Part shown: in pieces, positions 32,085-42,352 of the stretch
How positions within the stretch are numbered: position 1 is the stretch's first letter
Layout of the letters: every line of letters begins with the position of its first letter
NCBI GenBank assembly: GCA_965224485.1
Contig: CBDCZH010000013.1
Span: 64,001-128,000, forward strand
Direction: 5' to 3'
From: Arcobacteraceae bacterium
GTDB lineage: Bacteria > Campylobacterota > Campylobacteria > Campylobacterales > Arcobacteraceae
Length of the DNA stretch: 64,000 nucleotides
Notes under the pieces: generated by a model
Seen by the model: only the letters and a program-made list of their open reading frames with translations
What the model was told of the DNA's origin: nothing
Database searches by the model: none
Made by a program: the position numbers and the translations under genes

Positions 32085-32786
32085 TTATCTCAACATAGCT
32101 CCACTTATATTTAAAACCTCGCCACTTACATAAGTAGCTTCAACTGCCATAAAATAAGCACATTTTGCTACTTCTTTGGGCTCTCCAAATCTTTTTAAAG
32201 GAATTGTTTTTTTAAGCTCTTTAATATTTGGAAGGTTTTGTGTCATATTGGATTCTATGATACCAGGTGCTAAGGCATTTACTCTTATATTATATCTTCC
32301 AAGTTCTAGAGCTAGTGTTTTAGTAAGTGAAATAACCCCACCTTTAGAAGCAGAATAATTTGCCTGACCAGCATTTCCAGAAAGAGCAGAAATAGAAGCA
32401 ATATTTAAAATACTTCCTTTTTTTTGCATCATCATATTTCTACTTATATTTTTTGTAACATAATACATACCAGTTAAATTTATATTAATTACATCTTCCC
32501 ATTCTTCATCATTCATAAAGAAAAATAGTTTATCTCTAATAATACCAGCATTATTAACTAAAACATCAACACTAAGGTCTTCTAATGCACTTTTAATTGA
32601 GCTCTTATCTTTCATATCAAAGTGTATAAGTTCTCCTTCTTTTATATCTTTTAGAAGATCTTCTGCTAAGTCTTTTTTTGAGTTATAATGTAAATAAACA
32701 TAAAATCCATTTTTTGAAAACTCTTTAGCAATTTCTTGTCCAATACTTCCTGTTGCTCCTGTTATAAGGACTGTTTTTTTTTCCAT
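32085..32786 (-). CDS. fabG: 3-oxoacyl-ACP reductase (cluster-associated FabG)
   Basis: TGATGSIG, VNNAG, NYSASK, APGII. Confidence 0.88.
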   Translation of the reverse strand: MEKKTVLITGATGSIGQEIAKEFSKNGFYVYLHYNSKKDLAEDLLKDIKEGELIHFDMKDKSSIKSALEDLSVDVLVNNAGIIRDKLFFFMNDEEWEDVININLTGMYYVTKNISRNMMMQKKGSILNIASISALSGNAGQANYSASKGGVISLTKTLALELGRYNIRVNALAPGIIESNMTQNLPNIKELKKTIPLKRFGEPKEVAKCAYFMAVEATYVSGEVLNISGAMLR

Positions 32787-32797
32787 TTTATACTCTT

Positions 32798-34330
32798 TTA
32801 AATAAACTTAGAATTTTTTAGTAAGCATTTAATATTTTTAATATCAAAATCCATTCTTCTATCTTCAAGAAGTGGTTTAACAATCTCTCTAATCTCATTA
32901 TAAATATTTTTCAAATGAGGTGAAACCCTCTTTTCTCCTCTTATATCAACAGCTTGTGCCATTCCTATAAAAGCAATACTTAGCATATTGTGTAAATCAG
33001 GCATCATTTTAGAAAAATCTAGGGCTGCTGTTGTTCCCATTGATACTTTATCTTGGTTTAAAGACTCAGTTGGGCGTGAATGAATTGAAGCAGCTGTTGT
33101 ATTTTTAATAACATCAGCACTAAGTGAGCTTAGACTAATTTGCATTGCTTTAAAGCCGTGATAAAAAGGCTCTTTACTTAGTTTTAAATTCTCACCTAAA
33201 CCACGGTTAAATTTATGGTCAACTAAAAGGGCAAATTCTTTATCTAATAAATCAGCTAAATTAGCAGCACAAATTTTGAGAGTATCCATAGCATGAGCTA
33301 CATAACCACCATAAAAGTTCCCCGAGGTATAAATAACTTTATTCTCTCCATCAATTAAAGGATTATCATTAACTGAATTAATTTCAGTTTCAACCCAATT
33401 TTTTGAAATCTCTAAATTATCTCTAATTACGCCTAAAACTTGTGGCGCACAACGCATAGAATAAGTATCTTGAATATTTAAATCATTATTTTTAAAAAAC
33501 TCATCATATCTATCATCTCTACCATGAGTTAATTTTGAGCCTTGAATTTTATTTTTAATATTTTTTGCTGATGCAATTTGCCCAGAAAAAGGTTTTGATT
33601 CATGTACAAAATCACTAACAGGAGTATCATCACCTAAAAGTACTTCAAACATACCTGCAACATATGACTCCATTGAATCTAAAATAACTTCAAATTCTTC
33701 TATTGCATCAAGTGCAATAGCACTCATAATAGTAGTTCCATTCATTAAAGCAAGTGCTTCTTTGGGTTTAAAAGTATAAGCTTTTATATTTAACTTTTTG
33801 TAAACTTTACTTACATCTTTTATCTTGCCTTTATAATATACTTCTCTCTCCCCTGCAATAACAGCAGCTATATAAGATAAAGGTGTTAAATCACCACTAG
33901 CACCAACTGATCCTTGGGAAGGGATTACTGGAATAATATCTTTTTTGATTAATAATTCTAATCTATGTAATAAATCCATACTAACAGCTGACTTTGCCTT
34001 AGCTAAAGAAATTGTTCTCATAATTACAGAATATTTACAAACCTTATAAGATAAGTTTTTACCTATACCACAACCATGAAATCTAAAAAGATTTTTTTGT
34101 AGGGTTTCACTATCTTCATATGAAACATAATTTTTTCCACTTGCTCCATAACCAGTTGTAATTCCATAAATAGGCTTGCCATCTTTTATTTCTTTCATTA
34201 AAAAATCATGTGTATGATTAATAAATTTAACAAACTCTTTATTTTTAGATATCTTAATTTTATTAGTACTTTTTATTTCATTTAGTGAAATATATCTCTT
34301 ATTTATATTTAGTTTCATCTCTTCTCCCAA
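32798..34330 (-). CDS. MIO-dependent aromatic amino-acid ammonia-lyase (HAL/PAL/TAL family)
   Basis: YGITTGYG, GSVGASGDL (ASG), KEALALMNGT, QDTYSMRC, NDNP, GNF, NQDKVSMG; start may be ATG 34318. Confidence 0.92.
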   Translation of the reverse strand: MGEEMKLNINKRYISLNEIKSTNKIKISKNKEFVKFINHTHDFLMKEIKDGKPIYGITTGYGASGKNYVSYEDSETLQKNLFRFHGCGIGKNLSYKVCKYSVIMRTISLAKAKSAVSMDLLHRLELLIKKDIIPVIPSQGSVGASGDLTPLSYIAAVIAGEREVYYKGKIKDVSKVYKKLNIKAYTFKPKEALALMNGTTIMSAIALDAIEEFEVILDSMESYVAGMFEVLLGDDTPVSDFVHESKPFSGQIASAKNIKNKIQGSKLTHGRDDRYDEFFKNNDLNIQDTYSMRCAPQVLGVIRDNLEISKNWVETEINSVNDNPLIDGENKVIYTSGNFYGGYVAHAMDTLKICAANLADLLDKEFALLVDHKFNRGLGENLKLSKEPFYHGFKAMQISLSSLSADVIKNTTAASIHSRPTESLNQDKVSMGTTAALDFSKMMPDLHNMLSIAFIGMAQAVDIRGEKRVSPHLKNIYNEIREIVKPLLEDRRMDFDIKNIKCLLKNSKFI

Positions 34331-35175
34331 AAATTATAAAAATTAAACCATTGATTTTCATGCTGTCTTAAAATATTCTCAAATATCAAAGCATACTCTT
34401 GTATAACTTTTTTTATAGCATCTTTTTCATTTAATGAATAATCTATTTCTAGTATATATGATTTAACTTCATATGTTTGCTTTTTTTTATAAACTGCAAA
34501 ATAAGTTAATATGTTAGTTTTTGTTCTATATGCTATTTTAAAAGGGTTTTCATTAAAATAAGCATCTTTTTTAAAAAAATTGACCTCATATTCATACTTA
34601 GAACTAGTTGCTCTATCTGCCATCATTGCTATTATTTCATTATTTGATAAAGCTTGTGCTATTTCAACTGAAACAGCAATAGCACCTTTTGAGATATCAA
34701 TAATCTTATTATCTAATTTCTTATTTTCAATTGAATTCTCAATATCTTTTATTCCTTCTAAAAGAGATTCTTGCATAACTATATTAATCTTATTATTTAT
34801 ATTTGATTTATTTGAAGTAGAAGCCCAACCTCCAAAGTGAGAAAGAAGAAGAATAGTTTTATTTTCTAATATCTTTTGTACTTTTTCTTCCTCTTTATGG
34901 TAAAAAGTATAAGAAGCCGGGTCATATTTTGAAATAAACCTATCAATCATAGTAATTGCAAAAATTCTTAAATGTGAATAATAAATTTTATTTGTGAACT
35001 TAAGGCCAAGATGTTGATAATAAATTCTTAGAGATTCTTTTACATTTGAAGCAAAAATAAAATAAAAAAATGTAACAAAATACAATAAATAATAGATAAA
35101 ATTGTAACCAAAAAGTTTATATAGGGAAAAAACTAATTTTACACTCCATGCACTTCCTCTTTGTTTTACAGACAT
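34315..35175 (-). CDS. LpxL/LpxP-like lipid acyltransferase (ApeJ C-terminal-like)
   Basis: QRGS, LLSHFGGW, MMADR, NPF, QWFNFYNFW. Confidence 0.75.
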   Translation of the reverse strand: MSVKQRGSAWSVKLVFSLYKLFGYNFIYYLLYFVTFFYFIFASNVKESLRIYYQHLGLKFTNKIYYSHLRIFAITMIDRFISKYDPASYTFYHKEEEKVQKILENKTILLLSHFGGWASTSNKSNINNKINIVMQESLLEGIKDIENSIENKKLDNKIIDISKGAIAVSVEIAQALSNNEIIAMMADRATSSKYEYEVNFFKKDAYFNENPFKIAYRTKTNILTYFAVYKKKQTYEVKSYILEIDYSLNEKDAIKKVIQEYALIFENILRQHENQWFNFYNFWEKR

Positions 35176-35880
35176 CTATTTGTATTTCTTTTTTAAAATA
35201 AATTTAAGGGGTAAGAGTCTAATATGAACCATAACAATAGCAGCCGTATCCCAAAACTTTTTAAAATGACTCACTCTTTCTTGGGCACTTGGGTAATAAC
35301 AGTCAATTGTTACTTCTTTAATAACTCTATTTTTCCAAGCATGTTTTACTAAAACTTCCATTTCCCAATCAAAACGTTTTGTTTTTATAATTAAATCTAG
35401 AATTGAAGTAGGGTATAATCTAAAACCAGAAAGTGAGTCTTTAATCTCTTGTTCTGTATCTAATGTTGCCCAAAAATTACTAAACCATCTTCCAAATTTC
35501 GAAGCATTTGGTACGTTATCTATGTCAAAATCTCTTGCACCTATTATTATTTCATTTTCATCTTTACAAATTTCTAAAAGTTTTGTAATTTCACTAGCTA
35601 AGTGTTGCCCATCTCCATCTAAACTAATAAAATATTTATAGCCTAATTCTTTAGCCCTTAAAGCTCCTGTGATAATAGCCGAACCCTTACCTAAATTCGT
35701 TTCATGTCTTATAATACTTAGGTTTTTATCTTTTTTTAAAATATTTTCAATAGGGTTTGTATATCCATCATCAACTACAATTACTTTATATTTATGTGAT
35801 AAAATATCATCTACAACTGCTTGAATTGATTTGTCATTATTATAAGTAGGAACTACTACTATTATTTCATTATATTTCAT
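35176..35880 (-). CDS. Glycosyltransferase family 2 (ApeJ N-terminal-like)
   Basis: VVPTYN, VVDDG, NLGKG, DGDGQH, SGFRLYP, RVSHF. Confidence 0.9.
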   Translation of the reverse strand: MKYNEIIVVVPTYNNDKSIQAVVDDILSHKYKVIVVDDGYTNPIENILKKDKNLSIIRHETNLGKGSAIITGALRAKELGYKYFISLDGDGQHLASEITKLLEICKDENEIIIGARDFDIDNVPNASKFGRWFSNFWATLDTEQEIKDSLSGFRLYPTSILDLIIKTKRFDWEMEVLVKHAWKNRVIKEVTIDCYYPSAQERVSHFKKFWDTAAIVMVHIRLLPLKFILKKKYK

Positions 35881-36187
35881 ATATTATTTCACTTACTTTT
35901 GAAGTCTCTTTTTTTATAATAACTTTAAATCTTTTTTGATCTTTACTTGAAATGTTATAAGAGATTATATCATCTGGTTTTAATATTTTAATAAATTTTG
36001 CTTTTATTATTGAAATAATTTCATGAGAGTTAAGATCTGCTATTATATCAATTTGTAAAAAACCAGGAAGTATTTCATTATCTTTAAAATGAGCTTTAAA
36101 AACTTGATGCTCTTTGTTTGCTAATTGGATAAGATAATAATTCTCTTCTTTTTTTAATATCTTAAATAAATTATTTATTAGTGTCAT
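35870..36187 (-). CDS. Hotdog-fold dehydratase (ApeI-like)
   Basis: VFKAHF...ILPG..QID, AKFIKILKPDD. Confidence 0.75.
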   Translation of the reverse strand: MTLINNLFKILKKEENYYLIQLANKEHQVFKAHFKDNEILPGFLQIDIIADLNSHEIISIIKAKFIKILKPDDIISYNISSKDQKRFKVIIKKETSKVSEIIYEI

Positions 36188-36313
36188 TAGATTTTACTTC
36201 CTTATTATTTGAACATATTACAAAAATTAATATTAATATTAATTTAGTAAGAAAGTTAAAAGATGAAAGATAGTAATATTTAGACAATTTATGGAGATAA
36301 GGTTAGTAGTATT

Positions 36314-36565
36314 ATGATAACAAATAATGAATTTAAAGAAGTGTTAATCAAGAGTTTAAATCTTGAAGATATGAGTGTAGATGATATAGATGATGATGAG
36401 GCTTTATTTGGTGATGAAGGTTTAGGTTTAGACTCTGTTGATTCAATTGAACTGGTTTTAGTAATCGAAAAAGAGTATGGTGTAAAAATTAAAAATCCTG
36501 AAGAATACGATACAATTTTTTCTTCAGTTTCTTCTTTATTAAAATATATTAATGCAAATACCTAA
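36314..36565 (+). CDS. Acyl carrier protein
   Basis: Acidic 83 aa; GLGLDSVDSIELV phosphopantetheine site. Confidence 0.93.
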   Translation: MITNNEFKEVLIKSLNLEDMSVDDIDDDEALFGDEGLGLDSVDSIELVLVIEKEYGVKIKNPEEYDTIFSSVSSLLKYINANT

Positions 36566-37676
36566 AAAGGCTTATATAAATAATTTTGATTTAGTTTGCT
36601 GTGCTGGAAATAATCCAAGTGAATTGTTTAGGTCTATTTGTGAAAAAAAAGATACTATTAGTATTGATAATACTTATGTCAAAGATAAAACCCTAGCTTT
36701 AGGAAAAATTAATTCTTCTTTAAGTTTTTATGAACTTTTATTAAAAAAAGTTAATAATGTTTTACAAGCGTCTAATTTACAAGACTTTTCTAGTACTTTA
36801 TTAGTAATAGGCTCTTCTGTTGGAGGAATGAAAACAACAGAAGATATATTCTTTAAAGATAAAAATTATAAAAATATAAAGTATAAAGAACATACTATTG
36901 ATTCTCTTGCTTATTTTTTGAAAAAACATTTTTCTTTTTATGATGATATCTCTTTTTCAACTGCCTGTACTTCTAGTGCAAATGCTTTAGGATATGCTAA
37001 AGAAGTAATTGAAAAAAAAATATATAAAAATGTTTTAGTACTTGGAGCAGATTCTTTATGCCATACAACAGTTTGTGGCTTTTCTGCTTTAGGAGTATTA
37101 TCCAGTAAAACCTGTACTCCTTTTGATATAAATAGAGAAGGCATGAATGTTTCTGAAGCAATTGCAGTTTTACTTTTACAAGATCATGCACAAAAAAATG
37201 CAATTGAGCTTTGTGGTGTTGGATATAGTTCAGACGCCCATCATATGAGTCAACCTCACCCAGATGGACTTGGAGCAAAAACTGCAATGCAAAATGCTAT
37301 TAAAAATGCAAATTTACAAAATGAAGATATTCATTATATAAATGCTCATGGAACTGGAACACAGGCAAATGATAATTCTGAAATTAAAGCAATTAAGAGT
37401 TTATTTCAGGATCAAAATTCTCAAAACTTATATATTTCTTCTAGTAAATCAACAACAGGACATACTTTAGGTGCTGCTGGTGCAACTGAAGCTATTATCT
37501 CTTCTTTAGTTTTATTGAAACAAACTATTATTCCAAATAAGAATTTAAAACAAGCAGAATTTTGTGAAATGAACTTTCCTCTAAAATCTTTAGAAAAAGA
37601 GATCTCATATGTTATGAGTAATTCATTTGCTTTTGGTGGTAATAATACTTCTTTGATTTTTGGACTTGTAAAATGA
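36552..37676 (+). CDS. Beta-ketoacyl-ACP synthase
   Basis: STACTSS, DAHH, INAHGTGT, TGHTLGAAG, NSFAFGGNN (Cys-His-His triad). Confidence 0.93.
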   Translation: MQIPKKAYINNFDLVCCAGNNPSELFRSICEKKDTISIDNTYVKDKTLALGKINSSLSFYELLLKKVNNVLQASNLQDFSSTLLVIGSSVGGMKTTEDIFFKDKNYKNIKYKEHTIDSLAYFLKKHFSFYDDISFSTACTSSANALGYAKEVIEKKIYKNVLVLGADSLCHTTVCGFSALGVLSSKTCTPFDINREGMNVSEAIAVLLLQDHAQKNAIELCGVGYSSDAHHMSQPHPDGLGAKTAMQNAIKNANLQNEDIHYINAHGTGTQANDNSEIKAIKSLFQDQNSQNLYISSSKSTTGHTLGAAGATEAIISSLVLLKQTIIPNKNLKQAEFCEMNFPLKSLEKEISYVMSNSFAFGGNNTSLIFGLVK

Positions 37677-38323
37677 AAATAAACCTTGAGATATTAGAAG
37701 CTGCGTCTGTATATGATGAAGAAGAAATTAAAACACTAACTACAAAAGTACTTGTTCCTAAAATGATGTTAAGAAGAAGATTAACAAGAGCTTCAAAACT
37801 ATTTATTGAATTAATACATAAAGTAGGTTTTAAAGATGGACGAATTGTTTATGGGAGCTCTTTTGGTGAACTTCAATCTAGTGCAAATATTTTAAGTGCA
37901 ATTTTAAATAATAGTGGAATATCTGCAAATGATTTCCAAAACTCTGTTTACAATACGCCTACTTCCTATGCCTCAATTCTTACACATAATACTAAAGAAA
38001 TTTTAACAATATCTTCAGGTGACGAAACATCTTTAAAAGTTTTAAAAGCTGGAGCAATAAAGGCGTTAGATAAAGATGAAATCTTATTACTTGTTTGTGA
38101 AACTATAAATATTACAAATATAGATGAGGTAAATACTTGCAAAATATTTAAAGAGTGTGGTTTTGCTATAAGAGTAAAAATAAGTACAGAAGAAGCAAAT
38201 TTATATTATGAAGAAGATGAAAGTTGCAAAGATGATAATAAAGTGCCAAAATCTCTTTATCATATATATAAAATAATAAAAAATTTAAAAAAAGAAAAAA
38301 ATATAATTGAAGTTATTTTATGA
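37673..38323 (+). CDS. Chain-length factor (non-catalytic KS-like, ApeC-like)
   Basis: MLRRRLTRASK, SSFGE, SANDFQNSVYNTP; coupled to KS. Confidence 0.8.
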   Translation: MKINLEILEAASVYDEEEIKTLTTKVLVPKMMLRRRLTRASKLFIELIHKVGFKDGRIVYGSSFGELQSSANILSAILNNSGISANDFQNSVYNTPTSYASILTHNTKEILTISSGDETSLKVLKAGAIKALDKDEILLLVCETINITNIDEVNTCKIFKECGFAIRVKISTEEANLYYEEDESCKDDNKVPKSLYHIYKIIKNLKKEKNIIEVIL

Positions 38324-38667
38324 ATTTACCACATTTAAAACCTATTAGGTTTGTAAAGGAGCTTATAAAAAAAGAAGATAATATTTCTTTAGTCTCTTGT
38401 GAATTTCCATATATCCCTACTTTATCCATGGTTTGTGAAGCAGCAGCTCAAAGTTCTTCTTCTTTTAATGAATCAAAGCAAGAGCAATTAGGTTTTTTAA
38501 TCTCTTTAAAAAACATAAAACTACATAAAGAATTTTCTTGTACTTTTTTTAATATTAAAATAGAAGAACTTATTCAAGTTGATAAAATCAGTGAATATTC
38601 TTTTGAAGTAATAAAGAATTCAGAAATATATGCAAGTGGTAAACTTACAATTATACTAGGAAAATAA
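38320..38667 (+). CDS. Hotdog-fold dehydratase (ApeP-like)
   Basis: LPH..PIRFV, EAAAQ, GFLISLK, ASGKLTI. Confidence 0.7.
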   Translation: MNLPHLKPIRFVKELIKKEDNISLVSCEFPYIPTLSMVCEAAAQSSSSFNESKQEQLGFLISLKNIKLHKEFSCTFFNIKIEELIQVDKISEYSFEVIKNSEIYASGKLTIILGK

Positions 38668-39729
38668 ATGAATAAGTTTTTTAAAAATAGTGATGATTTA
38701 ACAGCTTTAGAAGCTTTATATGAGGCGCAAAAGATAGCTTTTGCTCCTATCGTTTTTCAAGTTGTAAGAGTTATGAGAGATTTAAATATTTTAGAAATTT
38801 TAGCAAAAAACAAAAATGGACTAAGTTATATAGAATTAGCTAAAGAGTCAAGTTTAAGTCTATATGCAATTCAAGTTTTATGTGAAACAGCTTTAAGTGC
38901 AGGTGTAGTTTATACTAAAAATGAAAAAGTTTTTTTAAGTAAAATAGGATTCTTTATAAATAGTGATGAAATGACAAATGCTAACATGAACTACAATCAC
39001 CATGTTAACTATCAAGGTCTGTTTTATTTAGAAGAAGCTATAAAAAGTGGAAAAGCAGAAGGCTTAAAAGTATTTGGGTCTTGGGATACCATTTATCCAG
39101 CTCTATCATCACTACCCCAAAAAGCCAAAGAGTCTTGGTTTACTTTTGATCACTTATATTCAGATAGTGCTTTTTTAGAAGCTAGTAAAATATTGCTTAG
39201 TTTAAATGCTAAATCAATTCTAGATATTGGTGGTAATACTGGCAAATTTGCTTCCTTATTAACAAAAGAAAATACATTAATTGATATTACTATTATGGAT
39301 TTACCTTCTCAAATAAAACTTGCTAAAGCAAATATTTATGAAAATGATATAAAGAATATCTCTTTTTATGAGGCAAATATTTTAAAAGAAGAGACTAGAA
39401 TACCTAAAGGTTATGACATTATTTGGATGAGTCAATTCTTAGATTGTTTTAAAGAAGAACAAATTATAAATATCTTAAAGAAAATTAAAAGTTCAATGAG
39501 TGAAAACTCTCAGATCTGTATTATGGAACCTTTTTGGGATAGACAAAGAAATGAAACTGCTGCTTTTTGTGTAATAAATACATCTCCTTATTTTACTGCT
39601 ATGGCAAATGGATATAGTAAAATGTTTAAATATAGTGACTTTGAGAAATATTTAGTAAAAGCAGGTTTAGAAGTTCTTGAATTAATTGATAATATTGGTT
39701 TATGTCAGACTATTATTAGATGTAAATAA
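38668..39729 (+). CDS. SAM-dependent methyltransferase (ApeB-like)
   Basis: AQKIAFAPIVFQ, LDIGGNTGKF, MDLP, IWMSQFLDCF, FWDRQ, YFTAMANG. Confidence 0.88.
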   Translation: MNKFFKNSDDLTALEALYEAQKIAFAPIVFQVVRVMRDLNILEILAKNKNGLSYIELAKESSLSLYAIQVLCETALSAGVVYTKNEKVFLSKIGFFINSDEMTNANMNYNHHVNYQGLFYLEEAIKSGKAEGLKVFGSWDTIYPALSSLPQKAKESWFTFDHLYSDSAFLEASKILLSLNAKSILDIGGNTGKFASLLTKENTLIDITIMDLPSQIKLAKANIYENDIKNISFYEANILKEETRIPKGYDIIWMSQFLDCFKEEQIINILKKIKSSMSENSQICIMEPFWDRQRNETAAFCVINTSPYFTAMANGYSKMFKYSDFEKYLVKAGLEVLELIDNIGLCQTIIRCK

Positions 39730-39827
39730 TAGGCTTTATAAACTCTTTTCTTTAAAGCTATAATAATACTTACTTCATACCTAAGAAAAGTAATGTTAAA
39801 ATAGAAAAATTTTAAAGAAGGTTTTAT

Positions 39828-40586
39828 ATGTTTGATATTATAAAAGATAGTTCACTAAGAATTAAAACAGCACTTATACTATTTATGGCTTTTATTCTCG
39901 TTAGTTTTATAGATACCCTATTTGTTACCTGGCTTTTTCTAGGGATTTTTGCGATGATTGGTGTTAGTGAAGCTATGAAACTGTTCAAAGTTGATGATTA
40001 TATAGTTTTTCAATTTGCAGGAATAACTTGGATTGCCGCGTATTTTTATCCTAATCCTGAAGATTTATTAGCTGTTGCTATTGTAGTTTTTTCTTCAATG
40101 TTAGCTTATAGTAAGAAGTTTGATAAAAAAGCTCTTCTTCCTTTATTATATCCTTTAGCATCCTTTTTGTTCTTAATAGCTTTATATTCTGAGTTTGGAA
40201 TACAAGTATTATGGTGGATTTTATTTGTTGTAGCATCTGCTGATGTTGGGGCTTATTATATTGGACGAGCTTTTGGTAAAACTAAGTTTTGTGAAACAAG
40301 CCCTAAAAAAACCCTAGAAGGTTTATTTGGTGGATTAGTATTAGCTTCTTTGTTAGGACCTTTATTTGCTCTTCCTGAACTATCTTATATTGGTGCTTTA
40401 ATGATTTCATTTTTTGTGGCTATTTCTTCTGTATTTGGTGATCTATTTGAATCATTCTTAAAAAGAGAAGCGGGGGTAAAAGATAGTGGAGATATTCTTC
40501 CTGGTCATGGTGGAATACTAGATAGAACAGATGGATTTTTATTTGCAGGAATTATAATGTTAGTTCTTTTAAGAGTTGTACTTTGA
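39828..40586 (+). CDS. cdsA: Phosphatidate cytidylyltransferase
   Basis: SPKKTLEG, GDLFESFLKR, KDSG..LPGHGGILDR. Confidence 0.95.
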   Translation: MFDIIKDSSLRIKTALILFMAFILVSFIDTLFVTWLFLGIFAMIGVSEAMKLFKVDDYIVFQFAGITWIAAYFYPNPEDLLAVAIVVFSSMLAYSKKFDKKALLPLLYPLASFLFLIALYSEFGIQVLWWILFVVASADVGAYYIGRAFGKTKFCETSPKKTLEGLFGGLVLASLLGPLFALPELSYIGALMISFFVAISSVFGDLFESFLKREAGVKDSGDILPGHGGILDRTDGFLFAGIIMLVLLRVVL

Positions 40587-41650
40587 TTCTATTAGGAAGT
40601 ACAGGTTCAATTGGTGTTAATACCTTAAATATAGCAAGAGATTTTAACCTAGATGTTGAAGTTTTAGTAGCTGGAACGAATATTAAATTATTAAATGAAC
40701 AGATAAAAGAGTTTAAACCAAAAATTGTTGTAATTGCGAATAAAGAAGATATAAAAAATGTAAATCATTCTAATGTATCTTCAGGTGAAGAAGCAATTTT
40801 ACATGCCATTGAAGCTTCAAGCTCAAAAACATTAGTAAATGCTTTAGTTGGTTTTTTAGGTCTTAAACCAACACTAAAAGCAATACAGTGTAATAAAAAA
40901 GTTGCCTTAGCAAATAAAGAGTCTTTAGTTGTTGCTGGAATGTTTATAAATCAAAAGAATTTAGTTCCAATTGATTCTGAGCATTTTGGTTTATGGTATT
41001 TATTAAGTGATAAAAAAATAGACTCTATGACAATAACTGCATCTGGTGGTTCTTTTAGAGATTATCCCTTAGAAGATTTAAAAAATGTTACAGTAAAAGA
41101 AGCCTTAAATCATCCAAATTGGTCAATGGGAAATAAAATTACAATAGATAGTGCAACTATGACAAATAAACTTTTTGAATTAGTTGAAGCAAAGTATTTA
41201 TTTAATATTACAAAACTAGATGCAATAATAGAAACAAAATCACTAATTCATGCCATGATTAATTTTTGTGATGGTTCAACAACAGCTCATATAGCAAATG
41301 CTAATATGAAACTTCCTATATCTTATGCTTTAATGAAAAAAGTAGATAAACAAGTATTAAAACATATAGATTTATTAGAAGTAGGCTCTTTAGAATTCAA
41401 AAAAATAGAAACTTCACGTTATGCTATTTGGGAAATTAAAGATGATTTACTAAAAAATGATAACTTAGGTGTGGTTTTAAATGCGGCAAATGAAGTTGCG
41501 GTTAATAAGTTTTTAAATAATGAGATAGGTTTTTTAGATATTTCAAAAATAAGCTTAGATGCAATAAATAGATTCTCAAATATAAAAATTTCAAATATTG
41601 ATGATATTTTTGAAGCAAATAAAGAGGTTAGGGCATATTATGGGTTTTGA
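40583..41650 (+). CDS. dxr: 1-deoxy-D-xylulose-5-phosphate reductoisomerase
   Basis: LGSTGSIG, LANKESLV, PIDSEH, HPNWSMG, DSATM, NAANE. Confidence 0.97.
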   Translation: MILLGSTGSIGVNTLNIARDFNLDVEVLVAGTNIKLLNEQIKEFKPKIVVIANKEDIKNVNHSNVSSGEEAILHAIEASSSKTLVNALVGFLGLKPTLKAIQCNKKVALANKESLVVAGMFINQKNLVPIDSEHFGLWYLLSDKKIDSMTITASGGSFRDYPLEDLKNVTVKEALNHPNWSMGNKITIDSATMTNKLFELVEAKYLFNITKLDAIIETKSLIHAMINFCDGSTTAHIANANMKLPISYALMKKVDKQVLKHIDLLEVGSLEFKKIETSRYAIWEIKDDLLKNDNLGVVLNAANEVAVNKFLNNEIGFLDISKISLDAINRFSNIKISNIDDIFEANKEVRAYYGF

Positions 41651-41918
41651 TATGTTATTTCCTTTTGGCATTTTAATTGTTTTAGTAATATATTTAATTT
41701 ATTCAAGAAATACTTTTGAAAAAGATATTCTTGCAACATATGATAAAAAATATGACTCTTGGAAAGAACATGCTTTAAAAGATGTACAACAAACTTCAAG
41801 TAAAGAGTTAGTTGGATTAGTTTTTAAAAAAGATGCTAAAATAGATATAGAACTATTTGATGATATTTCTTTAGATAAGGTACAAAGAGGAAAATTCACT
41901 TCAAGGCGTAAAGTATGA
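41640..41918 (+). CDS. Hypothetical single-pass membrane protein
   Basis: In-frame ATG at 41640 of ORF 41598-41918; N-terminal TM helix. Confidence 0.65.
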   Translation: MGFDMLFPFGILIVLVIYLIYSRNTFEKDILATYDKKYDSWKEHALKDVQQTSSKELVGLVFKKDAKIDIELFDDISLDKVQRGKFTSRRKV

Positions 41919-42343
41919 AATATATATTTATAATACTCTTATTTTTCTCTTTTTTAGAAGCTTCTTTAAGTAGAAATAATTCTAGAAATGTAGTTGTTGA
42001 TACAGAAAATTCTTTAATGTGGGAAGATAGAGCTGAAAATTTAAGTGTTTATTTATCTCATAAAGATGCCCAAAATCACTGTGAAGATTTAAAATATTTA
42101 GGATATGGAAATTGGCGTTTACCTCATATAAAAGAGTATAAAAGTATAGTTGATAAAACAAATGAAATAAATTATATAAATAAAGCTTTTAAATATAATT
42201 TAAAAGATTGGTATTGGGCTAGTACTGCTCATTTTAGAACATTATGGTTTTATGCTGATTATATGTATTTTATTTCAGGAACTGCTTATTTTGACTCAAG
42301 ATTTAAAAAGAAATACGTACGATGTATAAGAGATATGAAATAA
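41915..42343 (+). CDS. DUF1566 (Lcl C-terminal-like) exported protein
   Basis: VVDTENSLMWE, WRLP...E, YWAST, YVRCIR. Confidence 0.85.
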   Translation: MKYIFIILLFFSFLEASLSRNNSRNVVVDTENSLMWEDRAENLSVYLSHKDAQNHCEDLKYLGYGNWRLPHIKEYKSIVDKTNEINYINKAFKYNLKDWYWASTAHFRTLWFYADYMYFISGTAYFDSRFKKKYVRCIRDMK

Positions 42344-42352
42344 GGAAGAAGA

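Noticed and set aside
32798..34330. Catabolic hutH
   Set aside because: FH rather than SH specificity pair, no other hut genes, embedded in a biosynthetic operon
27756..39729. Flexirubin/dialkylresorcinol cluster
   Set aside because: No DarA/DarB-like genes seen
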